Of a stretch of 17,113 bases of DNA, positions 1-7,557 are shown piece after piece. Both the position numbers and the translations under genes were made by a program. The notes beneath the pieces are model-generated. The model saw only the letters and a list, made by a program, of their open reading frames with translations, was not told the origin of the DNA and made no database searches. Location of the stretch: the NCBI GenBank assembly GCA_045605805.1, contig JAZUQR010000019.1, positions 1 through 17,113 on the forward strand, given 5' to 3'. Numbering within the stretch: position 1 is the stretch's first letter; the number at the start of each line of letters is the position of its first letter. Source of the DNA: Alphaproteobacteria bacterium. Its GTDB lineage: Bacteria > Pseudomonadota > Alphaproteobacteria > CAAHEQ01 > UBA3637.

Positions 1-17
1 TGGCTACGATCCGACTT
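1..17 (-). other. Sequencing adapter remnant (MGI/BGISEQ), not biological
   Basis: The reverse complement of bases 1-17 is AAGTCGGATCGTAGCCA, which matches the start of the MGI/DNBSEQ adapter AAGTCGGATCGTAGCCATGTCG... as I recall it. It sits exactly at the window edge. Confidence 0.9.
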
Positions 18-410
18 TAACACAGCCAGCACCCCCCCCAAAATAGTTGAAATCAATGTCGCATTTTGCGTTTGGTCCAAAGCACTTATCCCACGCACAA
101 TGTGCCCGCCCACAATATGCCCTGTTTCATGGGACAAAACAAACATCACTTCGTCAATACTTGTGGCATTTGTGAACAACCCTGTATGCACAAAAATTGT
201 TTGTCCTCCGGCCACAAAAGCGTTGATAGAGGGGTCATTCACAAGAACAACTTGTGCGTTTTCTGGGGGTAAATCGGCCGCTGTGAAAATAGATTGAACC
301 CAATTGGTTGCGGTTTCTTCAATTTCGGCATCCCTAATTAAAGACAGTGCCAACACAGAGGGATGCCAGCCCAAAAACAAAAGAAAAATCAAAAAATAAA
401 AAAATCTCAT
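18..410 (-). CDS. M48 family zinc metallopeptidase (BepA/YfgC-like), 5' part only, truncated at the window edge
   Basis: Not in the ORF track. Manual translation from ATG 410 gives MRFFYFLIFLLFLGWHPSVLA (signal peptide) then LSLIRDAEIEE...VVLVNDPSINAFVAGGQTIFVHTGLF...DEVMFVLSHETGHIVGGH. It carries the HExxH motif plus the LIRDAEIE and NAFV-GG motifs of alphaproteobacterial M48 proteins. Confidence 0.9.
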
Positions 411-416
411 AAAAAA

Positions 417-445
417 AGGGTAGAGCAAAAAAATGCATTCGTCAA
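417..445 (-). promoter_or_regulatory. Sigma70-type promoter for the M48 gene
   Basis: Minus strand TTGACG (445-440), 17 nt, TACCCT (422-417). The ATG at 410 follows 6 nt later. Confidence 0.6.
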
Positions 446-455
446 GAAAGATTTC

Positions 456-484
456 TTGACAAGTGAAAAATTATGGTATCAAAT
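456..484 (+). promoter_or_regulatory. Sigma70-type promoter for the mlaD-mlaD-DUF2155 operon
   Basis: Perfect TTGACA at 456-461. The -10 is imperfect: TCAAAT at 479-484 with a 17-nt spacer, or TGG-TATCAA at 474-482. Confidence 0.5.
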
Positions 485-491
485 AAAAGCT

Positions 492-971
492 ATGGTAAAT
501 GAAGACAGAAAAAAAATAATTGTTGGGTTTGTGTTTGCGCTGTTCTTAATGTTCAGTCTGATGGCGTTAAGTGAACGGTCGGCACAGCATCAATCTCGTG
601 ATGGCTTTACGCTGTATGCCCATTTTAACAAAGTAGATGGGGTGGATAACGGTGCCGAAGTGCGTTTAGCCGGCTTGAAGGTTGGTCGTGTGGTGCATCA
701 AGAGTTCGCAAAAAAACATCAAATAAAACTGGAAATGGCGTTGGATAAAAACTATCATTTACCGGTGGATTCTTCCGTTCAAATTGAAACAGATGGTGTG
801 ATGGGAGCCAAACATATTGAAATTGTCCCCGGTGCGGATGAAGAAGTTTTACAAGATGGGGATGTTTTTGGTTATACACAAGATGTGATGATGTTGAATG
901 ATTTATTGGAAAAGGTATTGGGCTATATGCGCCAAAAAAAAGGAGTGTCAGATGAAGAAGAATCCAATTGA
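492..971 (+). CDS. mlaD: MlaD/MCE family lipid asymmetry maintenance protein (copy 1)
   Basis: N-terminal TM anchor (KIIVGFVFALFLMFSLMAL) followed by an MCE domain (LYAHFNKVDGVDNGAEVRLAGLKVGRV...LPVDSSVQIETDGVMGAKHIEIVPG). Start moved from 363 to ATG 492 because the extension overlaps the M48 gene and the promoters. Confidence 0.85.
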   Translation: MVNEDRKKIIVGFVFALFLMFSLMALSERSAQHQSRDGFTLYAHFNKVDGVDNGAEVRLAGLKVGRVVHQEFAKKHQIKLEMALDKNYHLPVDSSVQIETDGVMGAKHIEIVPGADEEVLQDGDVFGYTQDVMMLNDLLEKVLGYMRQKKGVSDEEESN

Positions 972-1395
972 AACGATTTTGGGCTTTGTTGTTTTAATTT
1001 TTGCGTGCTTGTTTTTGTTTTACGGCTTTTCACGCATAGATACAAAGGATATTTCCGGCTATACTGTTGTGGCAAACTTTTCAAAAATTGGCGGATTAAA
1101 TATGGGTTCTGATGTGCGTATTGCCGGTTTGAAAGTAGGGGCTGTTTTGAAAACCGTTTTGAATCAAGAAGATTATACGGTGGATGTTTATATGGAAATT
1201 GATTCTAATGTCAATTTGCCGATTGATACATTGGCAGCTATTGCCGATTCTGGTATTATGGGAGATAAATATGTGCGTTTGGAACCGGGGAAAGCCCGTG
1301 CCTCAATCAATCCGAACGGAAAAATTACAAAAACAAAAAGTTATAAGTCATTGGAAGATAATGTTTCCGAGTTTATCTTCTTATCAACGAAATAG
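952..1395 (+). CDS. mlaD: MlaD outer membrane lipid asymmetry maintenance protein (copy 2)
   Basis: MKKNPIETILGFVVL N-terminus typical of MlaD, then an MCE domain (GYTVVANFSKIGGLNMGSDVRIAGLKVGAV...SGIMGDKYVRLEPG). SD AAGGAG at 940-945 supports ATG 952. Confidence 0.88.
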   Translation: MKKNPIETILGFVVLIFACLFLFYGFSRIDTKDISGYTVVANFSKIGGLNMGSDVRIAGLKVGAVLKTVLNQEDYTVDVYMEIDSNVNLPIDTLAAIADSGIMGDKYVRLEPGKARASINPNGKITKTKSYKSLEDNVSEFIFLSTK

Positions 1396-1403
1396 AGGAA
1401 ATA

Positions 1404-1835
1404 ATGTATAAAGTTTTAATGGTTGTTTGTGGGCTTATGCTTGCCTTTCCAACTGTGGCAGAAGATATTTCAACAGATGCTGTGTTGTTGCAGGCTTTGG
1501 ACAAAACCACCGGACGGACAAGTTTTTTAACCGTTAAAGTGAACGAACCCTATGCCTATGGTGATTTGGAAGTGTATGTTGAAAAATGTATGAAACGCCC
1601 ACCGGAAGAAACACCCGAAAACTCGGTATTCATCAATGTTGCCGAAAAAACGGGCGAACAAATCTTCAAAGGATGGATGTTTTCGTCAAATCCTGCTTTG
1701 TCGGCCATGGAACACCCTGTCTATGATATCTGGGTGGTGGAGTGCAAACAAATTGCCCCTCTGGTGGAAGAAATGGCCGATGTAAGTGTGTTGGATGCCC
1801 AAGACGGCTTCGTTATGGATAATTTGAACGATTAA
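1404..1835 (+). CDS. DUF2155 domain-containing exported protein
   Basis: Signal peptide followed by AVLLQALDKTTGRT...C...PPEETPEN...IFKGWMFSSNPALSAMEHPVYDIWVVEC, the DUF2155 signature. It usually follows mlaD in Alphaproteobacteria. Confidence 0.85.
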   Translation: MYKVLMVVCGLMLAFPTVAEDISTDAVLLQALDKTTGRTSFLTVKVNEPYAYGDLEVYVEKCMKRPPEETPENSVFINVAEKTGEQIFKGWMFSSNPALSAMEHPVYDIWVVECKQIAPLVEEMADVSVLDAQDGFVMDNLND

Positions 1836-2824
1836 AGCGGATTTCGCTTCATAAAGTGCCGTATATTTTCAAAAGTTGCCTGCAAAATGCGCTTTAAGGC
1901 ATCGTGTGTGTTAAAGGCAATATGAGGTGTAGCAAGCACATGAGGATGCTGAATCAACTTGAAATTGATGGTAGAATCAAGCAAAATCTGGTGAGAAGTG
2001 TTTTGATGATTTAATAAAATGTCGTCATGTAAAAGAATGTCTTCATTTTCCAAAACATCTAAACCAGCACCAGCCACATGTCCCTTTTGAATCGCATCAT
2101 ATAAAGCCTGCGTATCAATCAAATCGCCCCGTGCTGTGTTCAAAATATACACCCCTTTTTTCATTTGAGCAAAGGCAGCTTGATTTAACAGATGGTAATT
2201 TTGTGGGGTTGAAGGAATGTGTAAAGAAATAATATCACTGTGTTTGAATAAGGATGTTAAAGGTACATAGTAATGTTCCAAATGTTTGTTGGGACACACA
2301 TCGTATGCCATCACATTCATACCAAAGCCCAACGCCAGTTGAATCATGTGTCGGCCGATAGAGCCTGTGCCGATAATGCCAATGGTTTTGCCATATAAAT
2401 CAAATCCGATATAAGAAGAAGGGTTGAATTGATTATGAATCATATCTTGGTGGGCCAAAGAAATATGTCGTGACAGATTCAACAACAGGCCAAAGGTGTA
2501 CTCGGCCACAGTTTGTGCGCCATAATAAGGGACATTGGCAACCTGAATCCCTCGTTTTGCGCAATAATCTAAATCAATGTGGTTGAGTCCGGTGCTTCTC
2601 GTGGCAATCAGTTTCAGATTCTTAAATAAATCCAATCTCTGATTGGATAAAAGGGAAGAATGAGCAAAAACGCACAGAATATCGGCATCACAGTGTTGGG
2701 CTATCTTTATATTACTCATCTGATTGAAGGAACTTTTTTCAAAAACATAGGAAAGACCTGCACTGCAATGAGCCTTAAAAAAATGTTTTAATTCAAAATC
2801 ACTGTCGCAAAAAAGAACTTTCAT
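1832..2824 (-). CDS. D-isomer-specific 2-hydroxyacid dehydrogenase (D-lactate dehydrogenase-like)
   Basis: ATRSTGLNHID, NVPYYGAQTVAE, Rossmann GIIGTGSIG...AYD, NTARG (Arg), LDVLENE (Glu) and TPHIAF (catalytic His). SD AAGGAGG at 2836-2830 favours ATG 2824 over 2827. Confidence 0.88.
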   Translation of the reverse strand: MKVLFCDSDFELKHFFKAHCSAGLSYVFEKSSFNQMSNIKIAQHCDADILCVFAHSSLLSNQRLDLFKNLKLIATRSTGLNHIDLDYCAKRGIQVANVPYYGAQTVAEYTFGLLLNLSRHISLAHQDMIHNQFNPSSYIGFDLYGKTIGIIGTGSIGRHMIQLALGFGMNVMAYDVCPNKHLEHYYVPLTSLFKHSDIISLHIPSTPQNYHLLNQAAFAQMKKGVYILNTARGDLIDTQALYDAIQKGHVAGAGLDVLENEDILLHDDILLNHQNTSHQILLDSTINFKLIQHPHVLATPHIAFNTHDALKRILQATFENIRHFMKRNPL

Positions 2825-2877
2825 CATCGCCTCCTTATTGTGTTAAGATGGCATTGAATGTTCAAAATGCAAGAGGG

Positions 2878-3723
2878 TTATTTCATCAATAGATTCAAAA
2901 AGCGAATAATTTTGTCACGAGTTTGAGAACGGGGAATAACCTGATCCACCATGCCGTGTTCCAAAAGATATTCTGATTTTTGGAAGTTTTCCGGCAACTT
3001 TTCACGAATTGTTTGCTCAATCACCCGTGCGCCTGCAAAACCAATTGTTGCCCCTGGTTCGGCCAAAGCCACATCCGCCAACATAGCAAACGAGGCGGTC
3101 ACACCACCCGTTGTTGGGTGAGTTAAAAGAACAATATAAGGCAACCTTTTTTCTTTTAATTTTTTAACAGCCAACACCGTTCTGGCCATTTGCATCAAAG
3201 ACAAAATGCCTTCTTGCATCCTTGCGCCACCGGAAGCAGGCACAAGCAACAAAGCCGCTTCCTTTTGTAAAGCAACATCGGCAGCCTTGACAATCGCCTG
3301 ACCGACGGCAGTGTTCATAGAACCACCCATAAAATCAAAATCAAAAATACCAGTCACAACCAAATGGCCACCCATTTTTCCATAAGCCAAAACAATGGCC
3401 TCATCAAACCCTGTTTTTTTGCGGGCTTCTTTTAATCTGTCGGTGTATTTTTTTATATCGTGAAAGCGTAAAGGATCTTCCGCCACAGACGGCAGTTTAA
3501 TCAAGTTATACTTCCCATCATCAAACAACATAGCCAAGCGTTCCGTTGGGGGTAGGCGAAAGTGATATTGACAAGTGGGGCAAACAAAATGGTTTTTTTG
3601 AATTTCAAAATGATAAAGCATATTGCCACAGCCAGCACATTTATCCCAATAATTATCAGGGATATCTTTGACAATATTCACCTTTTTAACGGTGGGGCGG
3701 TTGCGATTTGAAATCCAGTTCAT
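2878..3723 (-). CDS. accD: Acetyl-CoA carboxylase carboxyltransferase beta subunit
   Basis: MNWI N-terminus, C4 zinc finger (CAGC...CPTC), FMGGSM, SGGARMQEG, PTTGGVTASFA, IGFAGARVIEQTIREKLP. Confidence 0.96.
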   Translation of the reverse strand: MNWISNRNRPTVKKVNIVKDIPDNYWDKCAGCGNMLYHFEIQKNHFVCPTCQYHFRLPPTERLAMLFDDGKYNLIKLPSVAEDPLRFHDIKKYTDRLKEARKKTGFDEAIVLAYGKMGGHLVVTGIFDFDFMGGSMNTAVGQAIVKAADVALQKEAALLLVPASGGARMQEGILSLMQMARTVLAVKKLKEKRLPYIVLLTHPTTGGVTASFAMLADVALAEPGATIGFAGARVIEQTIREKLPENFQKSEYLLEHGMVDQVIPRSQTRDKIIRFLNLLMK

Positions 3724-3735
3724 TCAAAACCTTTG

Positions 3736-4017
3736 TTATTTATTTTTATTCAAGGCTTCCTTCACAGCTTTTCCGGCCTTAAAGAAAGGAACTTTTTTTT
3801 CCAAAACCTGAACCGAAGCGCCAGTTTTTGGATTGCGCCCAGAGCGAGCCTTGCGTGTGCGAATGGATAACACAGCAAATTCACGCAATTCCACTCTGTC
3901 ACCATTGGCCAAAGCATCCGTAATGGTGCCAAAAATTGTATTCACAATGCGTTTGGCCACTTCTTTAGAAACATTTTCTGTTTCTGCAATTTTTTCAATT
4001 AATTCAGATTTAATCAT
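3736..4017 (-). CDS. ihfB: Integration host factor beta subunit (HU/IHF family)
   Basis: MIKSELI start, GDRVELR, GRNPKTG, VPFFKAGK. SD AAAGGA upstream. Confidence 0.85.
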   Translation of the reverse strand: MIKSELIEKIAETENVSKEVAKRIVNTIFGTITDALANGDRVELREFAVLSIRTRKARSGRNPKTGASVQVLEKKVPFFKAGKAVKEALNKNK

Positions 4018-4043
4018 TTTTTTCCTTTCATTTAATATATCTA

Positions 4044-4072
4044 TTTTTACTTCTTTTTTTCAAAAAAGTCAA
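4044..4072 (-). promoter_or_regulatory. Putative promoter for ihfB-accD embedded in the 3' end of atpG
   Basis: Minus strand TTGACT (4072-4067), 17 nt, TAAAAA (4049-4044, overlapping the atpG stop codon). Confidence 0.5.
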
Positions 4073-4967
4073 GTGGGGATTGATTTTTCTGTTTATTCAT
4101 TTCTTCGGCCCCAGATACAATGTCAATCAATTCATCTGTAATTTGCGTTTGACGCAATTGTTGGAACTCTAAATTAAACTTGTCTAACGATTCATCAATG
4201 TTTTTTTCGGCTTCCTGCATATGAACCATACGGGTATAGTGTTCCGAGGCCAAACTGGCAACCAAAGCATGAGATAAAGTGACAATCAGATATTCCCGCA
4301 ACAAACCAGCAAAAAGGTCGTTTTTATCGGCTGTAATCAAGGGAAGTGTGTGTCCATCCCATTTTGTTTTTTTTAATTGACGCATCTGTTGTTCCGGCAA
4401 AGGAATCATCTGCCTTGCAAAAGGGGAAAAGGCCGTTGTGCCTTGCTTTTTATTGGAGAAAATATACACATAATCCACTTTATGGGTTGAAACAATTTGG
4501 TTGATTTGCTTCAATAATAAAGCTGCCATCGGGGCAATCTCTTTTAACGAATTGGAAATCGGATACGATTTTTCCAAAGTTATTTTTTGTGATGCTGCTA
4601 ATAAGCCAATGCGTTTGCCAACTGCCAACACCCGCAATTCTGCGCCGCCAAGAGTCTTTTGAATGTAATCGTGCGTATAGGTGATTAAATCACGATTAAA
4701 ACGTCCCACAAGGCCATTGTCTGAACCAATGATAATGGCCAAAATCTTTGGATTTTTTGTGGCCGTTTTCGGTGGTGTATAGTGAAAGAAATCCTGAGTG
4801 AAAAGGCCATGAAAGGCATCTTTAATGGTGGTCGCATATAAGGTTAAAGAGGCTAAAGCCTTTTCATATTGCCCCACGCTGACGGAAGACAACATCTTCA
4901 TGGTGCTGACAATTTCACCCAAGTCAGAAGTTGTTTTTATGCGTTTTGTGAGGGATTCCAAAGTCAT
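4047..4967 (-). CDS. atpG: N-type ATPase F1 gamma subunit
   Basis: KRIKTTSDLGEIVSTMKMLS, IIGSDNGLVGRFN, SLASEHYTRMVHMQEAEKNI, RQTQITDELIDIVSGAE. Last gene of the N-ATPase order. Confidence 0.94.
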   Translation of the reverse strand: MTLESLTKRIKTTSDLGEIVSTMKMLSSVSVGQYEKALASLTLYATTIKDAFHGLFTQDFFHYTPPKTATKNPKILAIIIGSDNGLVGRFNRDLITYTHDYIQKTLGGAELRVLAVGKRIGLLAASQKITLEKSYPISNSLKEIAPMAALLLKQINQIVSTHKVDYVYIFSNKKQGTTAFSPFARQMIPLPEQQMRQLKKTKWDGHTLPLITADKNDLFAGLLREYLIVTLSHALVASLASEHYTRMVHMQEAEKNIDESLDKFNLEFQQLRQTQITDELIDIVSGAEEMNKQKNQSPLDFFEKKK

Positions 4968-6479
4968 TTACACTCCTTTAGAAGCAAGGGCTTTGCGAAA
5001 GGCGGTTAAAAGTTTTTCCTGCATTGCTTCATCAATTTTTTGGCGTTTGACGGTTATCTTTTCCACAATCGTCTTACAGTTTTGATATAAGGTTTTGTGA
5101 ATAATATCTTGCGCTTTTGAAATACTTTGTTCGGACAAAGTGTCAAACAGCCCATTATTGACCGCCAAGAATACACCAATCTGTGTGGCCACATCCATTG
5201 GCGCAAATTGCATTTGTTGCAACACACAGCGAATGGCTCGCCCACGATTGAGTTTTTGTTGAGTCGCTTCATCCAATTGAACACCAAACTTTGAAAAAGA
5301 TTCCAACTCTTCAAATTGGGAATAGAATAATTTTAACGGCCCCAGCAATTGACGATAAGCCGGCAATTGTGCGCTCCCCCCCACACGAGAAACAGAACGG
5401 CCTGTATCAATGGCTGGCATCATACCCTTTTGAAACATTGGGGCAGACAAATAAATCTGACCGTCTGTAATAGAAATCACATTGGTGGGAATATAGGCAG
5501 AAATGTTGCCAGCCTCTGTTGAAACAATCGGCAACGAAGTTAAAGAACCACCCCCCAATTTGTCACACAAATGTGTGGACCGTTCCAACAATCGGGAATG
5601 AATATAGAAAATGTCGCCAGGGAATGCTTCTCGTCCTGGTGGGGTGCGTAAAAGTAAAGACATTTGCCGATAGGCTCGGGCATGGGCGGTTAAATCATCA
5701 TAAACCACTAACACATCCCTGCCTTTTGACATAAACCATTCCCCAATAGAGGTAGCCGCATAAGGGGCAATAAATTGTAAGCCAGCTTCATCTTCTCCGG
5801 TTGCCACAACAATAACTGTTCTTTGCAACATACCGCCTTTGTCAATTTGAGCAATCACTTTTGCCGTATCGGTGCTGCGTTGGCCAATAGCACAGTAAAT
5901 ACAAATCATATCGCTTGATTTTTGGTTCAAAATGGTATCAACAGCAATGGCTGTTTTGCCGGTTTGTCTGTCACCTAAAATCAATTCACGCTGACCCAGC
6001 CCAATCGGAGTAAAAGAATCAATGGCTTTAATGCCAGTTTGTAAAGGTTGGTTGACGGGTGCTCTGTCCATAATGGCTGCCGCAGGTCGTTCCACTGGCC
6101 AAGCCTGTTTGGTGATAATGGGCCCTTTTTCATCCAAAGGTTGCCCCAATGGATTGATCACACGTCCCAATAGATTTTCCCCAACGGGAACTTCCAAAAT
6201 GCGCCCAGTTGGTTCGGCAAAATCACCGGCCTTTAAGGCATCGGCATTTGTTAAAAAAACAACACCAGCTGTTTTTTCTTCCAAAGAATGAACCATACCA
6301 ATCACGCCCTCCTTAAAAGTAAGAAGTTCGTTCATTTTGGCATTGGACAAGCCAGAGATTTGAGCCGTGCCAGCGGAAATGGATAAAATCTCATTTTTTT
6401 CTTTAATGCGTAAAGCAGGGTTCACTTTGCGAACAGCATTTTGAATGTTTTTTTGTGTTTTGACCGCAGTTTTTTTCAT
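4968..6479 (-). CDS. atpA: N-type ATPase F1 alpha subunit
   Basis: PIGLGQRELILGDRQTGKT (Walker A), VVYDDL, PPGREAFPGDIFYIHSRLLER, SAYIPTNVISITDGQ, SVSRVGG. Confidence 0.96.
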   Translation of the reverse strand: MKKTAVKTQKNIQNAVRKVNPALRIKEKNEILSISAGTAQISGLSNAKMNELLTFKEGVIGMVHSLEEKTAGVVFLTNADALKAGDFAEPTGRILEVPVGENLLGRVINPLGQPLDEKGPIITKQAWPVERPAAAIMDRAPVNQPLQTGIKAIDSFTPIGLGQRELILGDRQTGKTAIAVDTILNQKSSDMICIYCAIGQRSTDTAKVIAQIDKGGMLQRTVIVVATGEDEAGLQFIAPYAATSIGEWFMSKGRDVLVVYDDLTAHARAYRQMSLLLRTPPGREAFPGDIFYIHSRLLERSTHLCDKLGGGSLTSLPIVSTEAGNISAYIPTNVISITDGQIYLSAPMFQKGMMPAIDTGRSVSRVGGSAQLPAYRQLLGPLKLFYSQFEELESFSKFGVQLDEATQQKLNRGRAIRCVLQQMQFAPMDVATQIGVFLAVNNGLFDTLSEQSISKAQDIIHKTLYQNCKTIVEKITVKRQKIDEAMQEKLLTAFRKALASKGV

Positions 6480-7267
6480 TTTTCAGCCTTTCCTTGTTTC
6501 GGCACAATCATACCGGATATATTTGCCTTTAATCGTTCGTTTATTTCTTGTAAATAAGCGTTCAATGTCCATTCCAAAATAAAGTCGCCCATCCGCATTT
6601 CAAAGCCCAACAGCACAGCCGAATTGACTTTGAATTGAAGGTTCAGTTTGGGGTTGATTTCAAACTGTGCAGCCAAAACATGACGCACAGCCTCTTTCTG
6701 AGCTTTATTCAGCTTTTCGCCCGAAATAAATTGAACGGTGTGAAGGCTTTCAAAAAGTTCTTGTAAATGATTCCTTTGCTTTTTGGATAAAGAAAGAATC
6801 TTCTTTTCAAACAAAAGAATCATTTGATCAACAGATGTTTGTTCTGTCCATTCGGAAAAAACTTTTTGCGTTAAAGCCATAAACTCATCCGCAATCATTG
6901 TTTGAATCGCTTGTTCGGCATTGTCAAAAGAACGATTCAAAGCCTCTTGAAGATGAAGTTTTTTATCTTCCACATCGGCCACCAATTGATCTGTCATCAG
7001 CTTTTTTTGCTGGGCAATATCGGCATCCATTTGCATCAGTTGTTGCTGATAGGATGTTTCAAAAGCTTGCTTTTGTTTTTGTAAGTCGGCCTCTGTTTGT
7101 TTTGCAAAAGCCAATTTTTCCTCAGCCTCGTGTATTGTGGCAGCAATCATCTGACGCCTTTGGTCAATGATTTGCAAAACAGGACGATACAAAAATCGTT
7201 TCAAAATCCAAATCAACACAAACAGATTGACAATCTGTGCCAAAAAAGTGACAACATCAAACCCCAT
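6476..7267 (-). CDS. atpF: N-type ATPase b subunit with a fused delta-like C-terminal extension
   Basis: DVVTFLAQIVNLFVLIWILKRFLYRPVL...RR TM start, then a coiled coil. At 263 aa it ends in a delta-like tail (FKVNSAVLLGFEMRMGDFILEWTLNAYL). There is no separate atpH, as expected for N-ATPases. Confidence 0.92.
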   Translation of the reverse strand: MGFDVVTFLAQIVNLFVLIWILKRFLYRPVLQIIDQRRQMIAATIHEAEEKLAFAKQTEADLQKQKQAFETSYQQQLMQMDADIAQQKKLMTDQLVADVEDKKLHLQEALNRSFDNAEQAIQTMIADEFMALTQKVFSEWTEQTSVDQMILLFEKKILSLSKKQRNHLQELFESLHTVQFISGEKLNKAQKEAVRHVLAAQFEINPKLNLQFKVNSAVLLGFEMRMGDFILEWTLNAYLQEINERLKANISGMIVPKQGKAEK

Positions 7268-7276
7268 TCAAACTCC

Positions 7277-7555
7277 TTATTGAGAAACTAATTTAAGTGC
7301 GGCATCCCAAAACGGATTGAAATATAAAATCAAAACCGTCACCACAAACGCATAAATAGCGGTTGATTCCACCATAGCCATTGCAACGAACAAAGTGCGT
7401 GTAATGTTGGAAGATTCATCCGGTTGTTGGGCAATGGAACGCAGGGCGTTTGCCGCAATGTTCGCTTCACCAATGGCCGGCCCAATACCGCCAATAGCAA
7501 TACATAAACCTGCTGATAAAACAGACATTGCACCAATTAAAGTAATCGCATCCAT
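7277..7555 (-). CDS. atpE: N-type ATPase c subunit with a Na+-binding signature
   Basis: GPAIGE (Glu30 in helix 1), IAQQPD loop, ITRTLFVAMAMVESTAIY (E63-S64-T65-x-x-Y68), NPFW. Confidence 0.95.
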   Translation of the reverse strand: MDAITLIGAMSVLSAGLCIAIGGIGPAIGEANIAANALRSIAQQPDESSNITRTLFVAMAMVESTAIYAFVVTVLILYFNPFWDAALKLVSQ

Positions 7556-7557
7556 GT

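Noticed and set aside
32-39. C8 (G8 on the coding strand) tract as a phase-variation site
   Set aside because: The frame is intact (Leu-Gly-Gly-Val in a hydrophobic segment), the tract is short, and there is no evidence of length variation.
66-297. Short + strand ORFs 66..272 and 100..297
   Set aside because: They are antisense shadows of the M48 peptidase gene, which has clear motifs on the - strand.
363-491. Lys-rich N-terminal extension of mlaD1 in the ORF track
   Set aside because: It overlaps the M48 start and both promoters, and MlaD homology begins at ATG 492.
2844-2872. Separate promoter for the dehydrogenase gene (minus strand TTGCAT at 2872-2867)
   Set aside because: No convincing -10 at a 17-nt spacing, and the gene may simply be co-transcribed with accD.
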